Origin: an uncultured Candidatus Saccharimonas sp. | GTDB taxonomy: Bacteria; Patescibacteriota; Saccharimonadia; Saccharimonadales; OMJO01 | NCBI GenBank assembly: GCA_964349795.1 | Contig: CAYGHF010000001.1 | Coordinates: 1 to 27,271 of the forward strand | Length of the DNA: 27,271 nucleotides | Direction of reading: 5' to 3' | Shown: positions 16,844 through 25,409 of the stretch, piece after piece | Layout of the letters: the number at the start of each line of letters is the position of its first letter | How positions within the stretch are numbered: position 1 is the stretch's first letter | Made by a program: the position numbers and the translations under genes | Notes under the pieces: model-generated | Told to the model about the DNA's origin: nothing | The model's database searches: none | The model's input: the letters and a program-made list of their open reading frames with translations, nothing else

Positions 16844-18145
16844 CTATAGCAACTTGATTCCGTGGGCTTTGAGGGCGGCTTTTAGGGCTTTTTCTTCATC
16901 CCAAGGTTTGTCTTTGCCGCCCGCTAGTGCGATGGTTTTTTCATGTCCTTTGCTGAGCAGTAAAATAACGTCACCCACTCCTGCCAGCTCGACTGCCTTG
17001 TCTATAGCCTGAGCCCGATCGTTATTTTCTATCACCTCTGGGATTTTCTTGCTTTTGGCAATGCCTTCGCGAATTTGAGCGTTGATAACTTCGTTGCTCT
17101 CACTACGCGGATCATCCTCTGTCAAAATAATTCGTTCGCAGTAATCCGCCGCCAGAGTGCCTTGCAGATAACGACTTTCGTGATCGCGCTCGCCAGCACG
17201 GCCAAACACGGCAGTTAATTTGCCTTTTGTCAGCGGACGCACTTCTTTGAAAATCTTCTCAAAGCTATCTGGTGTATGGGCAAAATCGATGATGGCGCTA
17301 AAGCCTTTGTCTGTCTTGTAGCTTGCCATGCGGCCGGGGACAGATGACAGATCAGCAATACCTTTGGCAATCTTGTCTGAGGGTATTCCAAGCGCCAGCG
17401 CAGCGGTCACGACCGCTAACACGTTAGAAACGTTAAACGTACTCGGTAGCTGGGTTTTGACTTCGAATGGTTCGGCAAGCCTGCTGTCGACTGTAAATGT
17501 TGACCCCTCAGAAGTTGTTTGGACATTTTTGGGCATGACGTCAGCCGATTTTTCACGTCCGTAGGTCACCGTTTTAGCAATACCTACAAAATACTGGGCA
17601 TTGGTATCATCAGCATTTACGATGCCTACTCCGCCAGATTTTTTGACCAGTTTGAACAGTCTTTGCTTGGCCTTACGATACGCCTCGAAAGTACCATGAT
17701 AGTCCAAATGTTCGTGGCTCAGATTGGTGAAAATGCCAGCTTTAAATGGGATTCCCCAAACACGGTTTTGGGCTAAAGCGTGCGATGCAACTTCAATCAC
17801 TACCCACTCGACACCGTTGGCACGAACTTTTTCAAGATTTTTGACTAGCTGAGTAGCGCCAAGCGTAGTCATGCGGCTGGCGTTGTGTAATGGGCCATCG
17901 CCAAAGTCATGTTCCACAGTGGTAAAATAGGCAGTTTTATACCCCGCAGCCCGCAGCACGCTGGCCATTAATGTCACTGTTGTCGTCTTGCCAGATGTAC
18001 CAGTTACGCCAATCACATTAAGTTTTTTGGCTGGAAAGCCTTGTTTGTTTTGGGCTATCACAGCCTCAGCCAAATGCCCGACTGGCTCAATCTTTTGGAA
18101 CAAGCTTCTTGGCACAAATTTTTTGACTGTTCCCCGAATTCTCAT
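16844..18145 (-). CDS. murE: UDP-MurNAc-dipeptide:diamino-acid ligase (MurE)
   Basis: GVTGTSGKTTT, EVASHAL, FTNLSHEHLDYH, VPGRM, DFAHTPDS and EDDPRSE. Start reassigned to ATG 18145, with TATAAT 7 nt upstream. Confidence 0.9.
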   Translation of the reverse strand: MRIRGTVKKFVPRSLFQKIEPVGHLAEAVIAQNKQGFPAKKLNVIGVTGTSGKTTTVTLMASVLRAAGYKTAYFTTVEHDFGDGPLHNASRMTTLGATQLVKNLEKVRANGVEWVVIEVASHALAQNRVWGIPFKAGIFTNLSHEHLDYHGTFEAYRKAKQRLFKLVKKSGGVGIVNADDTNAQYFVGIAKTVTYGREKSADVMPKNVQTTSEGSTFTVDSRLAEPFEVKTQLPSTFNVSNVLAVVTAALALGIPSDKIAKGIADLSSVPGRMASYKTDKGFSAIIDFAHTPDSFEKIFKEVRPLTKGKLTAVFGRAGERDHESRYLQGTLAADYCERIILTEDDPRSESNEVINAQIREGIAKSKKIPEVIENNDRAQAIDKAVELAGVGDVILLLSKGHEKTIALAGGKDKPWDEEKALKAALKAHGIKLL

Positions 18146-18242
18146 TATGACTATTATACGGAAAATCCGAGCCAAATGAAAAATCGCATTGTAGCTTTGG
18201 TACTTTTTTAAAACCACTTTTATAACAGACCACGCACCAAAT

Positions 18243-19016
18243 CTAGCTGCCTAGGTGATGCAAAACTTCAGCTCGCGGGGTTTCGTAAGGGTGTATGGCG
18301 CCATAGTCCACTTCTGGAAATTTGTGACCAGTAACAAGTTCGTTGGTAGCTTGGATCAACGGCTCGTGACCTACTATAAATAGCCCGTTTGCCTCCTCAA
18401 TAACTGGCAAAAGTTGTGGATGGGCGCTCCGCACTATAGCGCCGACCATCGCTGAAAGCGACTCTGCAGACGTATTGTAAGAATCGCCTGCCGAGCTAGT
18501 TAGTTCGTGGCTCACTGCGTATGGCGCGCCAGACCCTGCCGGCAGTAATACTCCGTGCTCGTCCAAAATTCCACTTAGGATATCCGCAGTTTCACGAGTG
18601 CGTTGCTTGCCTGACGCTATAACAGCTATCTTTATACCCAAACCACCCAGATTTTGAATAGCCGCATGCCACTGCGGGCTCAAGCGCGCCATTTCTTTAT
18701 CCATAATGCTGGAAGCTTCGCGTTGCAGCCGTTGAGCGTCGTCTTCACCCAATATTTTAGCCATATCTTGACCTGAAGTGTACGAGCCGTCGCCCAAACC
18801 AAGGGCGGAGTTAATATGGTTTCTGGCTATTCTAGCTGCTTCAGCAACTGGCTCTTTGTGCCCTAACACATGCTCTGTGATAAGTTCGGGCACTCCTTGA
18901 GCAGCCTCGTCGATGAGTCGCTTTCTGCCACTGTCGCTTAACGAAGGGTCGAGCACGCCCTTAGTCTTGTCTGGTTCGCCATGTCTAACAGTGAAAATAT
19001 GTATATTTTTGCTCAT
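18243..19016 (-). CDS. Histidine phosphatase superfamily protein (SixA/PGM-like) with insertion
   Basis: N-terminal VRHGE, LSDSG, R-T-x-E-T-A (RTRETA) and late GHEP. Confidence 0.7.
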   Translation of the reverse strand: MSKNIHIFTVRHGEPDKTKGVLDPSLSDSGRKRLIDEAAQGVPELITEHVLGHKEPVAEAARIARNHINSALGLGDGSYTSGQDMAKILGEDDAQRLQREASSIMDKEMARLSPQWHAAIQNLGGLGIKIAVIASGKQRTRETADILSGILDEHGVLLPAGSGAPYAVSHELTSSAGDSYNTSAESLSAMVGAIVRSAHPQLLPVIEEANGLFIVGHEPLIQATNELVTGHKFPEVDYGAIHPYETPRAEVLHHLGS

Positions 19017-19027
19017 AACAGCTTATT

Positions 19028-19056
19028 ATTATAACTATTATTGGGCAATTTGTCAA
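19028..19056 (-). promoter_or_regulatory. Perfect consensus sigma70-type promoter
   Basis: Minus strand TTGACA(19056-51)-N17-TATAAT(19033-28). Confidence 0.85.
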
Positions 19057-19113
19057 TGTCTCCTTGGGGAGTCCATTTTAGGCAGGCACCTCTACCTCTG
19101 GTAAAATGAACAG

Positions 19114-20187
19114 ATGAAAATATTGGGTATCGAGACAAGTTGTGATGAAACTGCGGCAGCCGTTGTGGAATCCGCCAGCCGGCGGAGGCTCACTTTGCTG
19201 TCCGACGTAGTCGCCACCAGCATGGATTTGCATGTGAAATATGGTGGCGTGGTACCAGAAGTCGCCGCCCGTAGCCATATCGAATCTATCACCCCAGTGA
19301 TTCAGCAAGCCCTGCACGACGCTCATTGCACGTGGTCGGATATAGACGGCATCGCTGTAACCTACGGGGCTGGGCTTGGTGGTAGCCTGTTAATTGGTGT
19401 TTTAACGGCTCGAACACTAGCAATTATTCACAATAAACCGCTGTATGCCATCAACCACGTAGAGGGTCACCTGTATGCCAACTTTATAACTGATACTCCC
19501 CTGCTCGGCTACGCACTTCCTAGTTCACAACCAGAATTCCCTGCTCTTGGTCTGATTGTCAGTGGTGGGCACAGCCAACTGGTACTATTTCGCAACCATT
19601 TTGACTACACTCTTTTGGGCCAAACCAACGACGATGCTATTGGTGAGGCCTTTGATAAAGTTGCCAAAATCCTCGGCCTGCCCTACCCCGGTGGTCCGAG
19701 TGTTAGCAAAAAAGCCGAAACCGGCAACCCGTTCAAGTACAAACTTCCTAAGGCAAAAATGTCTGAGCGATATGACTTTAGCTTTTCAGGACTCAAAACA
19801 GCCGTTTTAAGGTTAGCCCAGAGTGAGTGCGGTAAAAGTTACGACTTCCCTTCCTCAAAACTGTCAGAGCTGCTCTCTGAGGCTCAGAAGGCAGATATTG
19901 CAGCCAGCTTCCAGCGTATTGCCATAGAAACAGTGGTAGATAAGACCGTCCAAGCCTTTGAAGAATTCCAGCCAAAGACGGTTATCATCGGTGGTGGCGT
20001 GGCTAGTAGCCCAGAACTTCGTAAGCAATTATCAGCAAGACTCCCCTTGCCTGTCAGTTACAGCGACCCAAAACTGTGTACCGACAACGGCGCGATGATT
20101 GCCGCTCTTGGCAGTTTCAAAGCCATGCACAAACAGCCGAAAGCCAATCCTTACTCCCTAGAAATTGCCCCAAACCTTAGCATGTAA
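19114..20187 (+). CDS. tsaD: tRNA N6-threonylcarbamoyladenosine synthase TsaD
   Basis: LGIETSCDETAAA, YGGVVPEVAARSH, NHVEGH, VSGGHSQL, DDAIGEAFDK, FSFSGLKT and CTDNGAMIA. Confidence 0.97.
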   Translation: MKILGIETSCDETAAAVVESASRRRLTLLSDVVATSMDLHVKYGGVVPEVAARSHIESITPVIQQALHDAHCTWSDIDGIAVTYGAGLGGSLLIGVLTARTLAIIHNKPLYAINHVEGHLYANFITDTPLLGYALPSSQPEFPALGLIVSGGHSQLVLFRNHFDYTLLGQTNDDAIGEAFDKVAKILGLPYPGGPSVSKKAETGNPFKYKLPKAKMSERYDFSFSGLKTAVLRLAQSECGKSYDFPSSKLSELLSEAQKADIAASFQRIAIETVVDKTVQAFEEFQPKTVIIGGGVASSPELRKQLSARLPLPVSYSDPKLCTDNGAMIAALGSFKAMHKQPKANPYSLEIAPNLSM

Positions 20188-20189
20188 CC

Positions 20190-20864
20190 TTAGGCTATAC
20201 CACGGAGGTCTATGGTATCGATGTTGGTGCCAACTTCGATGTTTCGCATACTAATATCCGCCCCGTCCATCAACCGAAGAAGCTCACGCAGTTTATCATC
20301 ATCCAATTGGGGTTGTAGTTTGTCCAGTTCAACGTCCAATTTTATGCTGCCTAACACTCCCTTAGCCCAGTCCGGATCATTTACATCAGGGACAGGTATG
20401 TCTTGGCTGGGTTCTGGTAAGTCTTTGTCACTTCTGGAGACGTTGTTACTAGTTCTGTATGTAGCAGAGGCAGTTCCGTGATCAGCTGGGTTTTTGTCAA
20501 TTTCATAAGCCTCTGTGACAAAGACCTTTTTATCGCCAACAGACAATTCAAGATTGGGATATGTAAACATCACTTTGGTTACTGCGCTGCCCTGTTCGGT
20601 TATCTGATCCAAATACATAGTGCCAAGTTGACCATTTTGCATGGTCATCGGAAAACTAACAGATCGATGGGCAGAAGTATACTCATTTAATGTGGCGCGA
20701 TCGTCAACGTCACCACCCGGCAAGCCAAGATCTGGAATAGAAAACTCCTCAACTTGGCTATTTACCCCTTCGAGTAGTTCTTCGGCCTTGGTGCAGACTG
20801 CATCAATCAATACTTCATCGATGTGTGTTTCGGGGTTTTGTGGCGCTGGAAGTGTATCTGTCAT
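20190..20864 (-). CDS. Hypothetical acidic protein
   Basis: 224-aa ORF starting 16 nt after the ART-like gene on the same strand; no motif recognised. Confidence 0.65.
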   Translation of the reverse strand: MTDTLPAPQNPETHIDEVLIDAVCTKAEELLEGVNSQVEEFSIPDLGLPGGDVDDRATLNEYTSAHRSVSFPMTMQNGQLGTMYLDQITEQGSAVTKVMFTYPNLELSVGDKKVFVTEAYEIDKNPADHGTASATYRTSNNVSRSDKDLPEPSQDIPVPDVNDPDWAKGVLGSIKLDVELDKLQPQLDDDKLRELLRLMDGADISMRNIEVGTNIDTIDLRGIA

Positions 20865-20880
20865 GCGTAGTGTTATTATG

Positions 20881-21387
20881 CTATCTTGTCATTTCTTTAG
20901 CAATGAATATTTGCGCGGGGTCGAAGACGACAACCTCGTGTTTGCGCGGATTCACTAGGCCATCGTACCCCTGTGGTACTGCATCGATACTGCCACTTTC
21001 GATGCCTGACCCTACCTCTACTGCCAAGGGATTTCGCATCTTTAGAATTACAGCGTAAACAGACGACTGCCCTGAATCACTTTGCTCATGTTGCTCGGCA
21101 CGCAAAGTATCGGCAAAAAAACGTGCTGGATTGAGCCTTTCAGAAAAATATATACCATGCTGCCCCTGCCCTGTATGCCTTGGATTATCTCTGTTAAATT
21201 CAGTCACCCCACTATGACCTCCGTGATAAAAAATTAACGGTACACCGTCTTGTCTGGCAACCACGTCAGCACCATTTTCACCGACCCAAGCCTTATATGC
21301 TTCAGATTCCACAATAGCTGTGAGCTCTTCGTCTGATAATTCAGCAACTGGGCTAGGTTGCGGTTCGATTTGGGTTTCAGTTGTCAT
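20881..21387 (-). CDS. Stand-alone ADP-ribosyltransferase-like domain (ART-PolyVal-like, H-Y-E type)
   Basis: DGVPLIFYHG ... GIYFS ... VYAVILKMRNPL ... GYDGLV ... HEVVVFDPAQI follows the ART pattern seen in phage/plasmid polyvalent proteins. Confidence 0.7.
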   Translation of the reverse strand: MTTETQIEPQPSPVAELSDEELTAIVESEAYKAWVGENGADVVARQDGVPLIFYHGGHSGVTEFNRDNPRHTGQGQHGIYFSERLNPARFFADTLRAEQHEQSDSGQSSVYAVILKMRNPLAVEVGSGIESGSIDAVPQGYDGLVNPRKHEVVVFDPAQIFIAKEMTR

Positions 21388-21415
21388 TATTTTTATTTTT
21401 TTGATTAACGAAATT

Positions 21416-21444
21416 ATTGTAGCAAAATTTCACCAATTTGTCAA
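21416..21444 (-). promoter_or_regulatory. sigma70-type promoter of the ART-like gene
   Basis: Minus strand TTGACA(21444-39)-N17-TACAAT(21421-16). Confidence 0.8.
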
Positions 21445-21521
21445 TCCCAGTACCAGAGGTCGCCTTGTTTTGTAATCCGATTGCAGACTACAAAAACAAA
21501 GGACTCGATACGGGACGGGTG

Positions 21522-21550
21522 TTGCACCCCCGTTAAATAATTGTTATGAT
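21522..21550 (+). promoter_or_regulatory. sigma70-type promoter about 190 nt upstream of valS
   Basis: TTGCAC(21522-27)-N17-TATGAT(21545-50) with an extended TG. Confidence 0.55.
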
Positions 21551-21743
21551 TACTATGCAAAACAAAAAGTTCGGGGACCGCTTGTACGACCATACAAGCC
21601 GCACATTTGGAACAAAAGATCAGTCAAAGAGGAAAGTATAGAGGGTTTTCGTGGGAAAACCTTGTGTAGTTTTGTCTTTTTCACATGAAACGATAACAGA
21701 GGTGCTGGCTATTTATTCAAAGGGTTGATATGCTTTTACTAAC

Positions 21744-24293
21744 ATGACTTTGAGCAAAGCCTATCAGCCCAATGAGCACGAATCTAACATCTACAAGCTG
21801 TGGGTAGACAGCGGTGCATTCAAGCCCAAAAAGGGAAGTGGTGACCCCTATAGTATTGTTATGCCACCACCTAACGCAAATGGTGACTTGCACACTGGCC
21901 ACGCCCTAATGCTGGCGCTAGAAGACATCGCCATACGTTTTCAGAGAATGCAGGGTAGGGAAACCTTGTGGCTACCAGGGGCGGACCATGCTGGTTTTGA
22001 AACTCAAGTGGTCTACGAAAAAAAGCTCGCCAAAGAAGGCAGAAGTCGTTTCGACTTTACTAGGGAAGAGCTATATAAGCAGATTTGGGATTTTGTAGCC
22101 GATAATCGGCAAACCTTCGAGAACCAGTTTCGAAGAATTGGAGTCAGCGCAGATTGGGATAGGTTTACATATACTTTGGACAAAAAGATTATTAGTACTG
22201 CCTACCAAACCTTCAAAAAAATGTGGAATGAGAAGCTGATTTACAGAGGTGAAAGACTGGTAAATTATTGCACACACCACCGCACTGGTTTTGCCGATAT
22301 TGAGGTTGAATACAAGGACGTGACTACGCCGCTTTACTACATGAAGTATGGGCCGTTTGAGCTTGCCACAACAAGACCCGAGACTAAGTTTGGTGACACC
22401 GCTGTGGCAGTTCACCCTACCGACAAGCGTTATAAAAAATGGGTAGGCCAAACCGTAACCGTAGAGGGTGTAAATGGGCCTTTCGAGGTGCGGGTAGTAG
22501 CTGATGAGATGGTCGATCCAAAGTTTGGAACAGGGGTGGTTAAGATTACTCCTGCGCACTCGTTTGATGACTGGGAAGTTGCCCAGCGGCACAATCTGCA
22601 ACCTGTTCGAGTGATAGACCACGATGGCACATTAAATCACAAGACAGGCAGGTTCGCCGGCATGACGATAATGGATGGCCGAAAAGCCGTTGCTAAAGCT
22701 TTGGAAGAAAAAGGCTTGCTGCTAAAAGTAGATAAGAACTACAAAACTCGTGTTGGCCACTGTTATAAATGTGGCACCGTGATAGAACCCATGCTTATGG
22801 AGCAGTGGTTCATCGACATGCAGCCGCTCGCCAAAAAGGCAATTACGTCTCTGGAAAACAAAGAAATCACATTCTACCCAGACAGCAAACGCAAGCAGTT
22901 AATCGGCTACCTAGAAGGATTAAGGGACTGGAACATCAGCCGGCAGATTGCTTGGGGTATACCGATCCCCGCATTTCAGAACATAAACGACAGAGACGAC
23001 TGGATCTATGACAAGCGTGTTGACCAAGAAACCATTGAAGTCGATGGCAAAACCTACCGCCGTGATCCAGACGTATTTGATACTTGGTTCTCAAGCAGCA
23101 GTTGGCCATACGCAACAATGGATTACCCAGAAGGTGAAGATTTCAAGCGCTTTTACCCAACCAGCCTAATGGAAACTGGCGGCGAAATCCTATATCCGTG
23201 GGTATCCCGTATGATCATGATGGGGCTGTATGTAACAGGGAAGATTCCGTTCAAAGAAGTCTACATTCACGGCTACGTGTTGGCAGAAGACGGCAGCAAA
23301 ATGAGCAAGTCGGTCGGCAACGTCATTAACCCGCTAGCGGCAATTGATGAGTACGGCTCAGACGCCCTACGCATGGGCATTGTGGCTGGACGTGTGCCAG
23401 CAGTGAATCGTGGCTACGACCCGCGCAAAGTCGAAGACGCGCGCAACTTTTGTAACAAACTGTGGAATATTGCTCGGTTTATTGAAAGCAAGGTAGGGAC
23501 GATTGAGCCTACTTCAAAACCTGATCCCGAAAGCATTGCCGATTTCTGGATATTGACTAAAATACAACGTTCTGAAAGAAGTATACGAACGTCTTTGGAC
23601 AAATATCGCTTTGCTGAAGCTTATGATGAGCTGTACCACTTGGTGTGGGACGATTTTGCCGATTGGTATATAGAATCTTCCAAAACCCAGCAAAATGATG
23701 CCACGCTGGCTTGGGCACTTCGGACCATTTTGCAACTGGCACACCCGTTTGCGCCATTTTTGACCGAAACTATCTGGCAGGCACTGGGCTTTGCGACTGG
23801 TCAAAAAACCTTGACCCAGAGTCCGTGGCCTATAACTAGCGAAACGCCCATTTCACAAAGCAAAGCATTTGATAAGCTAAAATTGCTCATAGAAGAAATA
23901 CGCTTTGTACAAGCTACTTTGGGGGAACGCAAACTCGTCCTGAAATACACCAATTCACCCCTGTTAAGTGAACAATCCGATCTGATTAAGTCACTGACTG
24001 GGCTTAGTGAGGTAGCAACCGGTGAGGCAGGGAAGGGTGGCATCAGTTTGAACCGATCTGGCTTAGTCTGTTGGCTTGCTGTGAACGAGATTACCGCCAA
24101 AAAATTTCACGCCGCACTAACCCAAAAATTAGATGAGCAGGGAAGGGTAGTTCAGCAGCTAGAAGCACGCTTAAAAAATAAGTCGTACGTAAAAAATGCT
24201 CCGAAAAAGATTGTCGACCAAACCAAACAACAACTTGAAGAAACCACTGAGTTATTCAAAAAACTTCAGAAAGATGTGAAAAGTTTTAGTTAG
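21744..24293 (+). CDS. valS: Valine--tRNA ligase
   Basis: PPPNANGDLHTGH, PGADHAG, ATTRPET, GTGVVKITPAH, DWNISRQ, DVFDTWFSS, KMSKS and C-terminal coiled coil. Confidence 0.97.
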   Translation: MTLSKAYQPNEHESNIYKLWVDSGAFKPKKGSGDPYSIVMPPPNANGDLHTGHALMLALEDIAIRFQRMQGRETLWLPGADHAGFETQVVYEKKLAKEGRSRFDFTREELYKQIWDFVADNRQTFENQFRRIGVSADWDRFTYTLDKKIISTAYQTFKKMWNEKLIYRGERLVNYCTHHRTGFADIEVEYKDVTTPLYYMKYGPFELATTRPETKFGDTAVAVHPTDKRYKKWVGQTVTVEGVNGPFEVRVVADEMVDPKFGTGVVKITPAHSFDDWEVAQRHNLQPVRVIDHDGTLNHKTGRFAGMTIMDGRKAVAKALEEKGLLLKVDKNYKTRVGHCYKCGTVIEPMLMEQWFIDMQPLAKKAITSLENKEITFYPDSKRKQLIGYLEGLRDWNISRQIAWGIPIPAFQNINDRDDWIYDKRVDQETIEVDGKTYRRDPDVFDTWFSSSSWPYATMDYPEGEDFKRFYPTSLMETGGEILYPWVSRMIMMGLYVTGKIPFKEVYIHGYVLAEDGSKMSKSVGNVINPLAAIDEYGSDALRMGIVAGRVPAVNRGYDPRKVEDARNFCNKLWNIARFIESKVGTIEPTSKPDPESIADFWILTKIQRSERSIRTSLDKYRFAEAYDELYHLVWDDFADWYIESSKTQQNDATLAWALRTILQLAHPFAPFLTETIWQALGFATGQKTLTQSPWPITSETPISQSKAFDKLKLLIEEIRFVQATLGERKLVLKYTNSPLLSEQSDLIKSLTGLSEVATGEAGKGGISLNRSGLVCWLAVNEITAKKFHAALTQKLDEQGRVVQQLEARLKNKSYVKNAPKKIVDQTKQQLEETTELFKKLQKDVKSFS

Positions 24294-24313
24294 AGCTAAC
24301 TCACATTTACCTG

Positions 24314-25171
24314 TTAGCTAACAGACGCTTCCGGCTCTAACGCCTGCCGAACATGGTCAGCGCTTTCCTCGGGGCGATAGTCATCAAACCAAAGTACGTG
24401 CCAGCCCATTTTCTCGGCTGCCATCAGGTTGGCACGCGAATCGTCGACCAGTAATATCTCGTTTGGCTGAACATTGGCTCGCTCCTGAGCGATTTTGTAG
24501 ATTTCAGGCTCTGGTTTGATGGTGCCGACCTCTGAGGAATCAATGATTGCAGAGTAGGGGAGGCTGGGCAAGATCTCCCTCGCCAGCATGGCATCAATAA
24601 ATCCGGGCATAATGTTACTAAGTAGTCCAATATGATAATTTTCTGATGCCCACTGGAGTAATGTTGCCATCTCCTCAATAGGGTCGATTGCCTCAAGATA
24701 ATAATCCAACCAGTCGATTGCACTCGTCCCAATCCTCTCGGCAAAAATCTTGTCAAACTCCTCAACTGTCATTTCACCCCTGCAAACTTCATCGTTATAG
24801 TGCCAAAAAGTTGATTCAATAATGTCGGCTGGGGCACCGGTTTCTTGCGCCAATTTTGTGAATGCACGGTGGAAAAATCGCACCAAACAACCATTAATAT
24901 CAAAGTAAATAAAGCGCACGCCGCTCTTGGAACGCTTTTTTAGCATCTCAACTGGCTTAGGACCTATTTCACCCAACAGATCACCTAACGTGGTGTTGAG
25001 CGCCGCGGCGATGCTCTGAATCGTGAAAATCGATGGTGCTTTGATAGCGCCGCGTTCAATTTTTGCCAAAGTTGAATAACTAAGCCCAGCCTTTTGACAC
25101 AGCTCTTGCTGTGTCAGCCCAGCTTTTTTTCGAACATTTTGTAATTGCCTTCCTAGGCCCACCTCGTCCAT
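24314..25171 (-). CDS. XRE-family HTH fused to a HAD-superfamily phosphatase
   Basis: RKKAGLTQQELCQKAGLSYSTLAKIERG (HTH); HAD motifs FDING, LLSN, KPEPEIY and VDDSRAN. Confidence 0.88.
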   Translation of the reverse strand: MDEVGLGRQLQNVRKKAGLTQQELCQKAGLSYSTLAKIERGAIKAPSIFTIQSIAAALNTTLGDLLGEIGPKPVEMLKKRSKSGVRFIYFDINGCLVRFFHRAFTKLAQETGAPADIIESTFWHYNDEVCRGEMTVEEFDKIFAERIGTSAIDWLDYYLEAIDPIEEMATLLQWASENYHIGLLSNIMPGFIDAMLAREILPSLPYSAIIDSSEVGTIKPEPEIYKIAQERANVQPNEILLVDDSRANLMAAEKMGWHVLWFDDYRPEESADHVRQALEPEASVS

Positions 25172-25218
25172 TGACCTAATGATACTGATTTTTGCGGTTG
25201 CTGACTAGTACTAAAAGG

Positions 25219-25395
25219 CTAGCTAGCCAACATACTGATCAGTGTCACGGCTACCAAAAAGGCTATACCAGCACTAATTGCAGCTCCAATAAGTGAGCTT
25301 TGCTTGTTGCCACCTGTTTGACGCAACATCTTGGTATACACCCAAACGCCCAATGGTCCAGCCACAAATAAAGAAATCATAACGTTTGAAAACAT
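25219..25395 (-). CDS. Unannotated 58-aa two-TM small membrane protein
   Basis: MFSNVMISLFVAGPLGVWVYTKMLRQTGGNKQSSLIGAAISAGIAFLVAVTLISMLAS; fills the gap between the HIT and XRE-HAD genes on the same strand; below the ORF-track cutoff. Confidence 0.75.
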   Translation of the reverse strand: MFSNVMISLFVAGPLGVWVYTKMLRQTGGNKQSSLIGAAISAGIAFLVAVTLISMLAS

Positions 25396-25409
25396 AGCTA
25401 TAGTCTACC

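Noticed and set aside
21550-21743. T-box riboswitch upstream of valS
   Set aside because: No UGGNACC antiterminator bulge or stem I motifs found.
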